DNA of 64,000 bases from a virus (Duplodnaviria; Caudoviricetes), in IMG/VR virus record IMGVR_UViG_3300037047_000216, positions 1-64,000 of that record; one strand, 5' to 3'. A model generated the notes under the pieces. It searched no databases. It had not been told where the DNA came from and saw only the letters and a list, made by a program, of their open reading frames with translations. The position numbers and the translations under genes were made by a program. Numbering within the stretch: the first letter of the stretch is position 1; every line of letters starts with the position of its first letter. Below, piece after piece: positions 9,932 to 19,911 of this stretch.

Positions 9932-11164
9932 ATGTCCGATCCGAATCTGATCCGTTGCATGGAATGTTCCGAGGAGGTCAAAGATTTCCTCGGGGGACAT
10001 CTCCAAGACAAGCACCGCCTTGCGACGTCCGAATACCAAGTCAAGTACCCGGGAGCCCCGACGATGTCGGAGAGGCTCTGGGATCGTTTCCAAGAGTCCA
10101 TCAAAAACGTTCGGCGCACCCCACTACCGGACCCGGCCACGCTCACCGTCACGTTAGCCCCCGGGTTGACTTTCCCCGTCAACTGGGACGTCCCCGAGAG
10201 CGCGTGTCTTCCACTGCCTTCTCACTATCGGGTCCCCGAGTTTGGGCAACTCGGAGTGGATGTCACCCATGCGCTGTTGGCACTCCTGTGTCAAAGATCC
10301 CTGTATATCTGGGGCATGCCCGGTACGGGCAAGGATGCCCTCTTCCATGCCTGGAGTTGGAAAACCCGAACCCCCGCCATCATTCGCCCTGTCAAACCGG
10401 GAGCCGACATCGAGGGGTGGTTTTTTTCCCGGGCCTTCAATGAAAAGGGAACCTTCTGGGAAGAGGGGGAGGTGCTTCGGGCACTACGAGATGGCTATGT
10501 TACGGCGACAGGTCGCCGGGTCCCCTACCTCTTACTGGTGACGGATTTTGACCGTGCGGACCGACAGCAGGCTGAGCATCTCCGTTTGATCGCAGACTCA
10601 ATCCTCGGGCGCGTGGACGGGCCTGCTGGTCGTACCTATAACGTTCTCCCAGGCACCATCATTGCGGCAACCGCGAACACTGCCGGAGGGGGAGATGAAC
10701 GAGGCCGCATGATCAGTGCCAACCCGATCGATGCCTCGTTGATGGATCGTTTCGAGCGGAAGATCCAGTTTCACTGGATGGACTGGCAGGACGAGGGGCC
10801 AATCCTTCGTGCCAAGTTCCCGGTGCTCGTTCAGAAAGTTCCGAGTGTTTTTACCAAGATGGAAGATGTCACCAAAAAACTCCGGGACGCGATTGCGAAA
10901 GACGACCTTCATGCAGAGTTCAGTCACCGGGCGATCTGTTCCATTTTGGGACATGCCGAGGACATCGTCAGAGTCACGAATCGAGTAGATCCCTACCTGC
11001 TGAGTTTTGCCAAGCGGGTTTGGGTGGATGGTCTTCCGGATGAGGAGAACCGCAAAAAAGCAGATCAGATCATGAGTCCTACGATGGGTGGAATCCTTCC
11101 AGAGGGGGACAAGTCCCACATCGGAGCGGGAGAGTTGTCGCTGGCCGTCCGGGGGAAAAAATGA
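9932..11164 (+). CDS. MoxR/CobS-like AAA+ ATPase with N-terminal Zn finger
   Basis: Walker A GMPGTGKD, Walker B LLVTDFDR, ATANT, DASLMDRF; CMEC..HLQDKH. Confidence 0.85.
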   Translation: MSDPNLIRCMECSEEVKDFLGGHLQDKHRLATSEYQVKYPGAPTMSERLWDRFQESIKNVRRTPLPDPATLTVTLAPGLTFPVNWDVPESACLPLPSHYRVPEFGQLGVDVTHALLALLCQRSLYIWGMPGTGKDALFHAWSWKTRTPAIIRPVKPGADIEGWFFSRAFNEKGTFWEEGEVLRALRDGYVTATGRRVPYLLLVTDFDRADRQQAEHLRLIADSILGRVDGPAGRTYNVLPGTIIAATANTAGGGDERGRMISANPIDASLMDRFERKIQFHWMDWQDEGPILRAKFPVLVQKVPSVFTKMEDVTKKLRDAIAKDDLHAEFSHRAICSILGHAEDIVRVTNRVDPYLLSFAKRVWVDGLPDEENRKKADQIMSPTMGGILPEGDKSHIGAGELSLAVRGKK

Positions 11165-12081
11165 GCGTGCAGGGACAGACCCCCAGCGCCAAAAGTTTCC
11201 GAGAGCCTCTTCTTCTAACGCTGGGGGAGTTGACCTATTTCAAAGACGGTGTGCCCGTTTCTTACGACCGGGTTTATGATCCAATCTTCTCCCGGATGAA
11301 CATCGATCGGGCACAATACGGCGTCACAGACAACGATATCCCGTGGGTGGAACGCTGGGTTCAGTTTGCCTTCAAGGATCTTTGCGAACAGGGACTAGGC
11401 GCGCGACATGGTCGAGGGAGGTGGGGATTGACCCCCGACGGGGTGCGGGCAGCATCGGCTCTGAGCGGCACCACGTCGTCCGTTGTCCCCGTAGGGGCGG
11501 CTCCCATTACCCCGCCGCCCGTCGTGCAGCCCCAAGTCCTACCAGCCCCCGTACCAAAACCCGACACGCAGTTCCTCTCCGACCCTTACATCCTCGGTCT
11601 GGTCGCCAGTAAGATGGGCTGTATGGGGGCGCTGTCCGAACAGGCTCCAACTTGTAAGGACTGTGCCCTTCAAAATCTGTGCTCGAAAGAGGTGCAAATT
11701 AGGCTGCTGGACATCGCGGTCACACTGGACGCGGAGGACAACCGAAAAGCCACGGCTCGTCCGAAGTCGGCGGCAGTTCCAGCACCCGCTCCAGTTGTGG
11801 CACCAGCGCCGCCGGTCGCAGCGACCCCGAGCGCTGTACCAACAGTTCAGACATCTTCTACTACCGAGATGATTCCGGCCGGGACTGGAGTTTTACCCGC
11901 GGGGGCAATCGTGAATGAGGTGCCCACGAAAGCGCAGACCCCTTGTCGGCGTTGCAGACAGATCATCCCCGTGGGGGAACGCGGAGTCTGGGTGTATATC
12001 GCTGGGTCCAATGCCCGGGGACGCGGATCCGCGATGTACCACAAACCCTGTTTCAAAGAAGAGTTTGGAAGGGATCCCTGA
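11161..12081 (+). CDS. hypothetical protein, Pro/Ala-rich linkers and Cys clusters
   Basis: overlaps ATPase stop by 4 nt. Confidence 0.7.
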   Translation: MSVQGQTPSAKSFREPLLLTLGELTYFKDGVPVSYDRVYDPIFSRMNIDRAQYGVTDNDIPWVERWVQFAFKDLCEQGLGARHGRGRWGLTPDGVRAASALSGTTSSVVPVGAAPITPPPVVQPQVLPAPVPKPDTQFLSDPYILGLVASKMGCMGALSEQAPTCKDCALQNLCSKEVQIRLLDIAVTLDAEDNRKATARPKSAAVPAPAPVVAPAPPVAATPSAVPTVQTSSTTEMIPAGTGVLPAGAIVNEVPTKAQTPCRRCRQIIPVGERGVWVYIAGSNARGRGSAMYHKPCFKEEFGRDP

Positions 12082-12554
12082 TGACTGTCCAGCACTGGAT
12101 TACCTCAGTCAAACAGTCGCTAGTGCTTTTGGGGCAAGCGGAGTCCGCCCAACTGGACCAGATGTCCATTCCAGATCTGGTGGTGTTTGGGCAACGGCTG
12201 TGGTGGGTCGTCAAACGGGCCAACAAAGTACTTGATGCCATCAAGGTACGTTTTCGGGACGAGGCTGCCAAAGTGCCTTCCGACGCTCCCGCCCGTTTTG
12301 ACGCCCCTGATGGCTCACACTGTTTAGTGATTCCACACAAGGCATCTTTGTCGATGCGCTCAGATGCCGACATCCAGCATCTCAAACAAGCTCTGGGGGA
12401 TCGGTTTGGGGACTATTTCGAGGAGGTCATCTCTTACAAGCTGCGGAAGGATTTCTCCACTCGGATTGCGTCATGTGTGGGGCCAGAACGAGTAGCACTT
12501 AATGATGCCGTCGATCAGGTAGACCGCACATCCCGAGTCATCTTCAAGGACTAA
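12081..12554 (+). CDS. hypothetical protein
   Basis: TGATG coupling at 12079-12083. Confidence 0.65.
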   Translation: MTVQHWITSVKQSLVLLGQAESAQLDQMSIPDLVVFGQRLWWVVKRANKVLDAIKVRFRDEAAKVPSDAPARFDAPDGSHCLVIPHKASLSMRSDADIQHLKQALGDRFGDYFEEVISYKLRKDFSTRIASCVGPERVALNDAVDQVDRTSRVIFKD

Positions 12555-12564
12555 GGTTCCACGT

Positions 12565-13626
12565 ATGAGCAATTGGGTTTGGCCTCTTCCTGGTTACGTC
12601 GTGTGGGAGATCCCCCGATCAGGTATGAGGGGATCGTTCCAAGAGTTGCTAGAGGATCACACGTATCATTCGGGAGTGGATCTCGCGGCTCCGAAGGGTG
12701 CCCCCGTTCACGCGGTAGAGTCAGGTTTAGTCCGAAACGTCGGAACTCTGTTGCGCAACGACGCTTCGTTCCAGACCATCTGCGTCGAGGGTTTTTCCGG
12801 GGTTGTCTGCTATTGCGAGATCCAGGTCGACGAATCGATTACCCCCGGAACCCAAGTGGAACAGGGGCAGCGCGTAGGAGTCGTTAAAGGGATCTGGGCA
12901 CCAAACCCAGTTTTGCACTTGGAATTTTGGCAGGATTGGGCATCTGTTCCACACACTGCGGCAAACTGGACATCAGAGTTCTCTAGACCAGAGGGTCTTC
13001 TGGACCCCACGGAGAACCTCCTCCAGGCATGGACTCGGGTTACCCCGAGATTCCACCGAGACAGGCTGAGCCCTCCTGAGAACCTGGAAACCCGCCGGGA
13101 GTTGCTGTCCTGGTTGTCCTTGCATGACATCTGGACTTACCCCTGGACGTTTCTTGCGCCTCCGGATGGAACTGTTCCGGACGACCTTTTGGATCTGGAC
13201 TGCGACAAATCCGGTTGGGTAGAGCAGTCAACTCGTTGGGGACGCATGGAACAGTGCCTTCATTTTGACTTTGTTTACGTCGATCCGACGATAGAGGAAA
13301 TCCAAGGGTTCGGGCATTGGTCGGAGGACCCGCGCAACACAGCGTTCAGGGTCTGGATCGAAGCACATACATGGTTTGAGGCCGACCCGGAGGCACAAAG
13401 GCATGAGCGTTGGGATCAGGGACACGTCCTGAATCTCGACTGCGGTGCCGAGAGCATGGAGGACGCCTTGTGCGATCTCGCTCTCCGTGTCCGTTTCTTT
13501 TTTGGTGATCGGGATACCCCCAGGGCAGACGGTCCTCGAAAGTGTGCTGACGAGTGCCGAGATGCCGGGGACGGTTTCTGCTCCGCTTGCGGGTATCTGG
13601 TTCTCTATCCCAGAGAGGTTAAATGA
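12565..13626 (+). CDS. M23-family peptidase-like N-terminus plus unknown domain
   Basis: YHSGVDLAAPKGAPVHAVESG...LHLE. Confidence 0.7.
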   Translation: MSNWVWPLPGYVVWEIPRSGMRGSFQELLEDHTYHSGVDLAAPKGAPVHAVESGLVRNVGTLLRNDASFQTICVEGFSGVVCYCEIQVDESITPGTQVEQGQRVGVVKGIWAPNPVLHLEFWQDWASVPHTAANWTSEFSRPEGLLDPTENLLQAWTRVTPRFHRDRLSPPENLETRRELLSWLSLHDIWTYPWTFLAPPDGTVPDDLLDLDCDKSGWVEQSTRWGRMEQCLHFDFVYVDPTIEEIQGFGHWSEDPRNTAFRVWIEAHTWFEADPEAQRHERWDQGHVLNLDCGAESMEDALCDLALRVRFFFGDRDTPRADGPRKCADECRDAGDGFCSACGYLVLYPREVK

Positions 13627-13886
13627 ACGAGCCTCGAAGTTTAGATGAAGAACTGCTGTACGCTTGGTCCGAGGGTCAGGTTCAGGAGGTACTGCCTCTT
13701 GGCGGAGCTATGATTCAGCACGTGGAGCGTCTTCCGGACGGACTGCTGACCGTTTGGGGGCACATCGTGTGTGAACACTGCCGTCTGTGCCCCCCTCAGG
13801 GGGATTGTCGGGGCCTCACGTGGGACGTACTGAAGGATCGCATCGTGCCCTGGACCCCGGAACCGCTCTATCCGGATGAGCCCTGA
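13623..13886 (+). CDS. hypothetical protein
   Basis: 4-nt overlap coupling. Confidence 0.55.
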   Translation: MNEPRSLDEELLYAWSEGQVQEVLPLGGAMIQHVERLPDGLLTVWGHIVCEHCRLCPPQGDCRGLTWDVLKDRIVPWTPEPLYPDEP

Positions 13887-14538
13887 CATGCCTGAACTGG
13901 TACAAAGAGTCTCGACCCGAGACGTGATCGCTTTTACCGTCCCTCCAAAGGCACAAGCGTTCATCCGTCAGATGGCGGAAAAAGCTCAGGTCGGCGGAAC
14001 GTCTCACGTCCGGGATCCCCAGAGTCGAACACAGGCAATGGGTGAGGATCAGCTTGTAGGTCAGTTGGGGCAGTTCGCCCTATCCGTATACCTGACGGGG
14101 GATACCAAGGAGTACGTTCGGGCGCGGGAAAAGGCCAACGCCAATCCTACATCGGGAGACGGCGGAGCCGACATCCTGGACTCGAACATTGACATCAAGA
14201 CTTCCCGCATGCGTGCTGGAGAGGATCCCGTCGGGTACACCCTCCCAGTCCGTCCCGCAGAGAGACACCCAAACTGGATCTACATCCTTGCATTGGTTCC
14301 GAAAAAGAGGGACGATCTGGTGTACCTCGTTGGTTGGCTCAGGGATGAGGATCTCCCAACTGTTACTGACAGGAGCGGGGAGTTCCGGGGGTGTTACACA
14401 AGAAGGGCACGGGAACTGAGCCCTCTGCCTCCTTTCCGATGGCCTCGGGGTCAAATGGTGAACCTGGAGGGACCCCGGCAAGAGGTTCAGCCCGTGGAAG
14501 ATCCGATCGCGTCGGCACAGGATATCTTCGATGCCTGA
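13876..14538 (+). CDS. hypothetical protein, possible PD-(D/E)xK fold
   Basis: GDGGADIL..NIDIKTS. Confidence 0.6.
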   Translation: MSPDMPELVQRVSTRDVIAFTVPPKAQAFIRQMAEKAQVGGTSHVRDPQSRTQAMGEDQLVGQLGQFALSVYLTGDTKEYVRAREKANANPTSGDGGADILDSNIDIKTSRMRAGEDPVGYTLPVRPAERHPNWIYILALVPKKRDDLVYLVGWLRDEDLPTVTDRSGEFRGCYTRRARELSPLPPFRWPRGQMVNLEGPRQEVQPVEDPIASAQDIFDA

Positions 14539-14797
14539 TGAGAACAAGTTCGCCAAGCTCCGCGAAATTGGCTACACGATCCCACTAGGGTGCGAGGACT
14601 GTTCCCATGCGCAGTTCCCTCCCCGTGGGGATTGGGGGGAGTGCTCTTTTCACAGGTATGAGCACAAGAAACACACAGGACCGGATCGGGGTATCTCGAT
14701 CACCAGATTCGGAACATGCCCTCAGTTGAAGCCGGATCCGAAGCGGCCCGCTGGGCGGTACGGTGCTCACGAGGAGTTTGTTCGGAAGGTGACTTGA
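14531..14797 (+). CDS. hypothetical Cys-rich protein
   Basis: CEDC..C..C. Confidence 0.55.
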   Translation: MPDENKFAKLREIGYTIPLGCEDCSHAQFPPRGDWGECSFHRYEHKKHTGPDRGISITRFGTCPQLKPDPKRPAGRYGAHEEFVRKVT

Positions 14798-15024
14798 TGG
14801 CTAGACTGACTCAGCGGGATCTGGTAGGTGTCATCACACGGCTTCGTGTCATCGCAAAAGATCTGAGGGAGGCTTCCCTCGGAGAGCGGATCCGAAACTA
14901 CGAGCCTCCGGTTGTGATGGCTCGGGTGGACGGGCTGAATCGGTTTTCCGATTCGCTTGAGGATGCCGCGGATGAATTGGAGTCGCTCATTCCTGATCGG
15001 GCTGTTCCGGCACTTCCCGACTGA
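14797..15024 (+). CDS. hypothetical protein
   Basis: TGATG coupling. Confidence 0.5.
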   Translation: MARLTQRDLVGVITRLRVIAKDLREASLGERIRNYEPPVVMARVDGLNRFSDSLEDAADELESLIPDRAVPALPD

Positions 15025-15640
15025 GCGCGTGAAACCGGCCCACAAAAGCATCCTTGGCCATTTTCGGGGACAAATATTCGATCTCTAGCCCTGCCAGTTC
15101 CACCGGGATGTTGGGCAAACCCCAGTGCCCGGCCCTTTTCAGCACCGGGATCTGTTCCTTTTCAAACGAGGCAGCGAGGATGTCTGCCGCCTGAACCTCC
15201 GGGGCTGTGTAAAAGTCGATCCCCACTCCGAGTGCCTTCGCAATCACCTGATTGATGTTGCGCTCCATGTCCCCCCAACCGATCATCTCCCCGTTGGGTT
15301 GCACCACTCGGATGTGTTTCCGCACAGGAGCCTGAAGATCATGGGTGTACGCCTCACAGGCGTCATGGAGGAGCCCAGACAGCATCTGCTGGGAGGAAGG
15401 CCACAGGATCTCGATGATTCGAGACACCAGGATCGAGTGCTCCGCAACCGTTACCGGCTCGGATTGTCCTCCGTACCGAAACTTGTACGCCAGTCCTTGT
15501 GCGATGTCCTCTAACCGAACATCCTCCACACGAGGCGAGATCGGTCGAAAACCACTTCCAGTAAAGGTGGGGATCCATCCGTCCCAGTGCGCTGGACGAC
15601 GCAATTTGACATCGGATGGACGAAGTTTGCTGCTCGGCAT
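14987..15640 (-). CDS. HD-domain phosphohydrolase (YfdR/YfbR-like 5'-deoxynucleotidase)
   Basis: EDIAQGLA..RYGG..TVAEHS...LLHDACEAY. Confidence 0.8.
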   Translation of the reverse strand: MPSSKLRPSDVKLRRPAHWDGWIPTFTGSGFRPISPRVEDVRLEDIAQGLAYKFRYGGQSEPVTVAEHSILVSRIIEILWPSSQQMLSGLLHDACEAYTHDLQAPVRKHIRVVQPNGEMIGWGDMERNINQVIAKALGVGIDFYTAPEVQAADILAASFEKEQIPVLKRAGHWGLPNIPVELAGLEIEYLSPKMAKDAFVGRFHALSREVPEQPDQE

Positions 15641-15692
15641 TTTCTCTCCTTCGAGAAATGAGAACTCAGTGACTGTACCGAGGCAGCAAGAG

Positions 15693-15726
15693 AAAAACCC
15701 ACCCGGGTTGTCCCCGGGTGGGTTTT
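15693..15726. terminator. bidirectional intrinsic terminator
   Basis: AAAAACCCACCCGGG-TTGTC-CCCGGGTGGGTTTT. Confidence 0.8.
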
Positions 15727-15729
15727 AGG

Positions 15730-16272
15730 TCAGGTCAAAGAGCCGTGCCAGTAGCTGACGGATCCCAGGTAGTCCTTCCAGGTCTCCGGGATATCCCCAC
15801 CCCACAGGGTGAAAAGATCCTTCGACGGCAGGGACTTCGGTTTGACGGGCTGGCGCCGGAGTCTCATGCCCGCCTCTTCCGGCCTCCGGTTGGCCTTGTG
15901 CTGGTTGCAAGGAGTGCAACAGACCACAAGGTTCTCCCAGGATGCCTTACCCCCCAGGGACTCCGGGGTCACGTGGTCGAGCGTGAAGGTCTTGATGGAC
16001 AGTTTCCGCCCGCAGTACTGGCATGCGCCCTGATCCCGGATCCACAGGTTTTTGCGGTTGAACTTCACCCCCCGCCGAAAGTACCCGCTCGTCTTGCTCA
16101 AGAAACGGATGACCGACGGCATCGGGAAGAGTCCCCCGAAGCTGTGGATGAACCTGTCGGCGTAGGTCGCCAAGACCTCCGCACGTCCCTTGAGCAGGTC
16201 TTTGATGGCCCGCTTCCAGGGAACTTGACCTAGGACCATGTAGCTACTGCTGAGTACGAGCGTGTCCATCAC
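15730..16272 (-). CDS. HNH endonuclease
   Basis: CQYCG...TLDHVTPESLGG...NLVVCCTPCNQHK. Confidence 0.9.
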   Translation of the reverse strand: MMDTLVLSSSYMVLGQVPWKRAIKDLLKGRAEVLATYADRFIHSFGGLFPMPSVIRFLSKTSGYFRRGVKFNRKNLWIRDQGACQYCGRKLSIKTFTLDHVTPESLGGKASWENLVVCCTPCNQHKANRRPEEAGMRLRRQPVKPKSLPSKDLFTLWGGDIPETWKDYLGSVSYWHGSLT

Positions 16273-16402
16273 ATCACCTCATCTGTATCTCTTTCTCATG
16301 TTTGACTCCGATTGAACAGCGAACGTTGTGACTCGGCATCCCTAAATGTACTCGGAACGAGGTCTGGAAGCTAGTCTCTTCCGCGGGACGGAAAGGGGAT
16401 GC

Positions 16403-17239
16403 TTACCAACCCTGGACTGGGCCTTCACCTTCGAACAACATGACGACGCGGTTGCGGACGGATTCCGGGAGCTTTTCCACCTCGTCCATCATCTCCTGAC
16501 TGCTATGCCGCAGGGAGAAATGCGTCAGGACGAAAGTCTCGCAGCCGAGGCGCTCCAGATGCGGGGCAAGCTCGTCCAGGTGCGTATGCCCCATCTTGCG
16601 CGCGTACTCGACACTCACGTCCTTCCCCATGAAGGTACACTCGGTGACAAGCACCTTGACGTTCATCAGGTCGGGGTGCAACAGCGCCTCGGGCGTCGTG
16701 TCGCCCGTGAACGCCAAGACCGGCGTTTCGGCCGTATCCGTCACCTCGACGCCGCTCTTGCGGAGGCGCCCCACTTCCTCGCCCGGAAGGCCCACGAACT
16801 GAGCCTTCAACTTCGAGCGGGACTCGTAGAGCAGGTACCCCAGGCTCGGGAGCCGGTGACACGATCGGAACGGGACCACCCGAAGCCCTTTTTTGAGATG
16901 CAGGGACTCGCCTGGAGGCAGAGCGACGAGTTCATAGCGGAACTCCTCGTTCTGAAGGCGCCCGAAAGCCTGAAGCATCTCCCGGAACGGTTCCAGCATC
17001 TCCTGGGGCATCACGAACCGAGAGGGTTCCATACTCAGCATGTCCCGGGTTGCCGCGTGCACGACTGCCGCTGCCACGTGGTCGACGTGGGCATGCGTCA
17101 GGAGCACGGTACGGCAGCTTCGTGCAGCCGGGGTGCAGAACCCCATGTCCACCGCGACGCCGTAGTTCTGCGCCACGAGACAGGTTCCGACCCCGCTTGC
17201 CGAAGCCCCCGTCAGCTTGAGACCGTTCAAGTCCAACAT
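16403..17239 (-). CDS. rnz: short-form RNase Z (tRNA 3' processing), MBL fold
   Basis: THAHVDH, AFTGDT, TECTF, GHTH, LTHFSLRH. Confidence 0.75.
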   Translation of the reverse strand: MLDLNGLKLTGASASGVGTCLVAQNYGVAVDMGFCTPAARSCRTVLLTHAHVDHVAAAVVHAATRDMLSMEPSRFVMPQEMLEPFREMLQAFGRLQNEEFRYELVALPPGESLHLKKGLRVVPFRSCHRLPSLGYLLYESRSKLKAQFVGLPGEEVGRLRKSGVEVTDTAETPVLAFTGDTTPEALLHPDLMNVKVLVTECTFMGKDVSVEYARKMGHTHLDELAPHLERLGCETFVLTHFSLRHSSQEMMDEVEKLPESVRNRVVMLFEGEGPVQGW

Positions 17240-17261
17240 AGATCTCTTCCTCCCAGACCTT

Positions 17262-17289
17262 CTACTCGGATAAGGCCCGGAATGGTCCC
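17262..17289 (-). promoter_or_regulatory. phage promoter motif (variant)
   Basis: GGGACCATT-N13-GAGTAG. Confidence 0.7.
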
Positions 17290-17292
17290 ACG

Positions 17293-17367
17293 TACCCCCG
17301 ACCGGATTTGAACCGGCGAAGCTACGGCGTGAAAGGCCGTTGTCCTAGACCGCTAGACGACGGGGGC
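17293..17367 (-). tRNA. tRNA-Glu(TTC)
   Basis: loop CT-TTC-AC. Confidence 0.9.
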
Positions 17368-17419
17368 ACAGCCTTCTGACCGAAGGCTTCAAAGACACAC
17401 CAGGAGGGGACGGACCGAC

Positions 17420-17830
17420 TCAGATGTCGTTCTCGGACAGCAGCGAGGTCGTGGCCGTCGGGGGCGCCGCGACGGCCACCGGGGGCTCGGGGGCCACGGG
17501 CTGCGGGGCTGCCACGGGCTGCGGCGTCCCGGGGCCGACCGGCGCGGCCTGATTCGCGACCGGCGCAGGGGTCGGGGCGGGCGTCGCATCCGCCTTCGCC
17601 GTGCGCGGGCGCTTCTGCGCCGACTCGCCCAGCTTGAAGAAGCTGAAGCCGTTAACGGCCTTCTGGCGCGTGACCTCGCCCGCCAGCCTCGAGAGGGACT
17701 TGTACACCGTGCCCTCGTACTCGAAGCCCGCATCGGTCACCGTCACGTTGAACGTGGTGCCCTTGAAGGTGCGAGTCAGAACCGTACCGACAGCCGGAAC
17801 CCGCGGATCACGAACCTTTGCATCTGCCAT
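17420..17830 (-). CDS. DUF2924-like domain plus Pro/Ala-rich tail
   Basis: GTVLTRTFKG...GFEYEG..YKSLSRLA..VT...NGFSFFKL. Confidence 0.6.
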   Translation of the reverse strand: MADAKVRDPRVPAVGTVLTRTFKGTTFNVTVTDAGFEYEGTVYKSLSRLAGEVTRQKAVNGFSFFKLGESAQKRPRTAKADATPAPTPAPVANQAAPVGPGTPQPVAAPQPVAPEPPVAVAAPPTATTSLLSENDI

Positions 17831-17971
17831 TCGAATCGCTCCCATTTCCATTTTGCGTCCACCCCAACTTTGGGGGGCAACCTGATCTACTCGAACCGGG
17901 AGCTTGCCAGCATCCGGCCTGAGATGTCCAGCGAAAAAACACCTGGAAAGCAAAAAGGTGCTCGGTACGGG

Positions 17972-18475
17972 TCAGCCAAACAGCATGCGGGCGGGTGCCG
18001 TGATGTGCATGTGATCGAGGGTCATGTTTCCGGGGCCACTGAAGAGCCCGTAGCGCACGCCTGACGGGCATCTGGTCACGACCATCAGGTAGGCCGTTTT
18101 TTCCCAGCCCGGAACGCCATCCCGTTCCATTTTCAGCACCAACTCATGCAAGGATTTCATGCGGTTCCTGAGCAGCACATCCATGGAGAGTTCCTGGTGT
18201 TGCGGTCCCCAGCGCATTTCGTTCTCCGAGTGCCTGGGGACCAGTACCCGGTGACTGCCTACCTGGAAAAACACGACCGGGTCGTCGAAGGGCAGCCCCA
18301 TGTCAATAATGTGTACCGGGAGATCATCCCACGTCTCATCCCATTCCTTGAGGGTACACGCGGGTTTCGTCATCTCCTGAGCGGAAACTTTCGATCCCCG
18401 GAGTCCCAGCCAACCCCCAAGAAGGGTCGCGGCTCCCCCTCCTACAAATGCCCGCCTGTTTGCATCCATGTTCAT
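17972..18475 (-). CDS. hypothetical protein with Tat-like signal
   Basis: NRRAFVGGGAATLLGG...VSA. Confidence 0.55.
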   Translation of the reverse strand: MNMDANRRAFVGGGAATLLGGWLGLRGSKVSAQEMTKPACTLKEWDETWDDLPVHIIDMGLPFDDPVVFFQVGSHRVLVPRHSENEMRWGPQHQELSMDVLLRNRMKSLHELVLKMERDGVPGWEKTAYLMVVTRCPSGVRYGLFSGPGNMTLDHMHITAPARMLFG

Positions 18476-18546
18476 ATTCTCCTTTCATCTCTTCTACTCT
18501 ACACGGGTATGGTGCGATCGAAACAGAATTGAGGAGGAGGATTTCG

Positions 18547-19083
18547 ATGTTGATCCATGAGGAAAATTTCCAGCGGGCTCTGGAGGATGCTCGTAAAGAT
18601 TCGGACACGTTTCAGGCATTGGCGGCTGAGATCATCGGGACGATCAACTACCTGACGACGCAGCTTCTTCTCTGCATCCCGGACGTGACCAAAAAGCAGG
18701 ATTTGCATGCGGAAGAGATTATGGATCTCTACACCGAGTGGCGATCCTGTCAGGACTTGTACCCTATTCAGGTTGTCCCGGCCATTGCTCCTCTTTCTGT
18801 GGCCATCATGGCAGATGCCTTCGCACTGGTTGAGAACCGGGATGCCAAAGTGACGGCATGTTTTTTCAATCCCCGGGACTATGCCGACCTGCGGAAGTTC
18901 GGTCGAGATGTCCTGGATATCGAGTTGCGGGAAAAATATCGGGAGATGGGATGGGAATCGGTTCTCTGGGGCGCTAGGGTCATCTCGAACCCGGATGTGC
19001 CCCAGGGGAAAATTTACGTGATGGGGAAACGACGGGATACGGACGAGAACGTCCTGTCTATCATCACCGTTGTTCGCGGATAG
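18547..19083 (+). CDS. protein resembling the C-terminal half of a major capsid protein
   Basis: ADAFALVE...NPRDYADLRKFGRDVLDIE...LWGARVI; recalled similarity to a jumbo-phage HK97-fold capsid family, not searched. Confidence 0.55.
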   Translation: MLIHEENFQRALEDARKDSDTFQALAAEIIGTINYLTTQLLLCIPDVTKKQDLHAEEIMDLYTEWRSCQDLYPIQVVPAIAPLSVAIMADAFALVENRDAKVTACFFNPRDYADLRKFGRDVLDIELREKYREMGWESVLWGARVISNPDVPQGKIYVMGKRRDTDENVLSIITVVRG

Positions 19084-19157
19084 TACGCCCGGAGGGATTT
19101 GAACCCCCGACCTTTGGCTTCGAAGGCCACCGCTCTATCCAACTGAGCTACGGGCGC
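19084..19157 (-). tRNA. tRNA-Arg(TCG)
   Basis: loop CT-TCG-AA. Confidence 0.92.
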
Positions 19158-19354
19158 GTACATTTGCCTCCCCGGTGTAACTCCGGGGGCGGATCGTTTT
19201 TCCAAAAGGGCATCTCAGCCCAAAACAATCCATCCAGATTCCCTGTTCGCCGGACACTGGATCCGAGTTTCTCGGTTTGACGGGAAGCCCAAGCCAACAA
19301 TTTGGCGATGTGTTCCCTTACATTTTCGTTTCCGGCGCTCATCGGCACTCTCTG

Positions 19355-19427
19355 TGGGCGATACAGGGCTCGAACCTGTGACATGCAGGATGTAACTCTG
19401 CCGCTCTACCAACTGAGCTAATCGCCC
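19355..19427 (-). tRNA. tRNA-Val(TAC)
   Basis: loop GT-TAC-AT. Confidence 0.9.
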
Positions 19428-19437
19428 TTTCTTCGCG

Positions 19438-19866
19438 TTACTTTGCCATATTCATGTTCAGAAAGCGAGGATCCCCTGTTACTTCTTCCCCTGCCCAATC
19501 CGGGATCTCGATGCTCTCGTCCTCCGAGGCCAACTCGATTTCCGCCAGCCAGACATTCAGGTCGAGGAAAAAGTCCACGTCCCAACGGCCGATCCGACGC
19601 CGGAGTTTCGTGATCTTCGGACTGCACCGTTTCAGGATGTCCCACGCTGCCCGTTCCGGGATCTCGTACTCGAATTCCTCTCGGGAGATACCCTTTCCCG
19701 ATTTGACCGTGATCGTCCCCTTCTTGGTCGAACCGTCGAACAGGTGCCGTACCCTGACGGAGGGGTCACCGACGAGCAGGTATCCCTGCTGGATCATCAC
19801 CCCCTGCGGTAGAACTGGCAGTCGATCCGGCAGCACCAGGAACTTGCGCTCGATTTCGTAGGGCAT
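19438..19866 (-). CDS. CYTH-domain triphosphatase/adenylate cyclase-like protein
   Basis: EIERKFL, IQQGYL, VRVR, REEFEY, LAEIEL. Confidence 0.9.
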   Translation of the reverse strand: MPYEIERKFLVLPDRLPVLPQGVMIQQGYLLVGDPSVRVRHLFDGSTKKGTITVKSGKGISREEFEYEIPERAAWDILKRCSPKITKLRRRIGRWDVDFFLDLNVWLAEIELASEDESIEIPDWAGEEVTGDPRFLNMNMAK

Positions 19867-19911
19867 CCAGAACCTCCCAAGGACGATCCATTCCCGGGAG
19901 ATCCTACTCCA

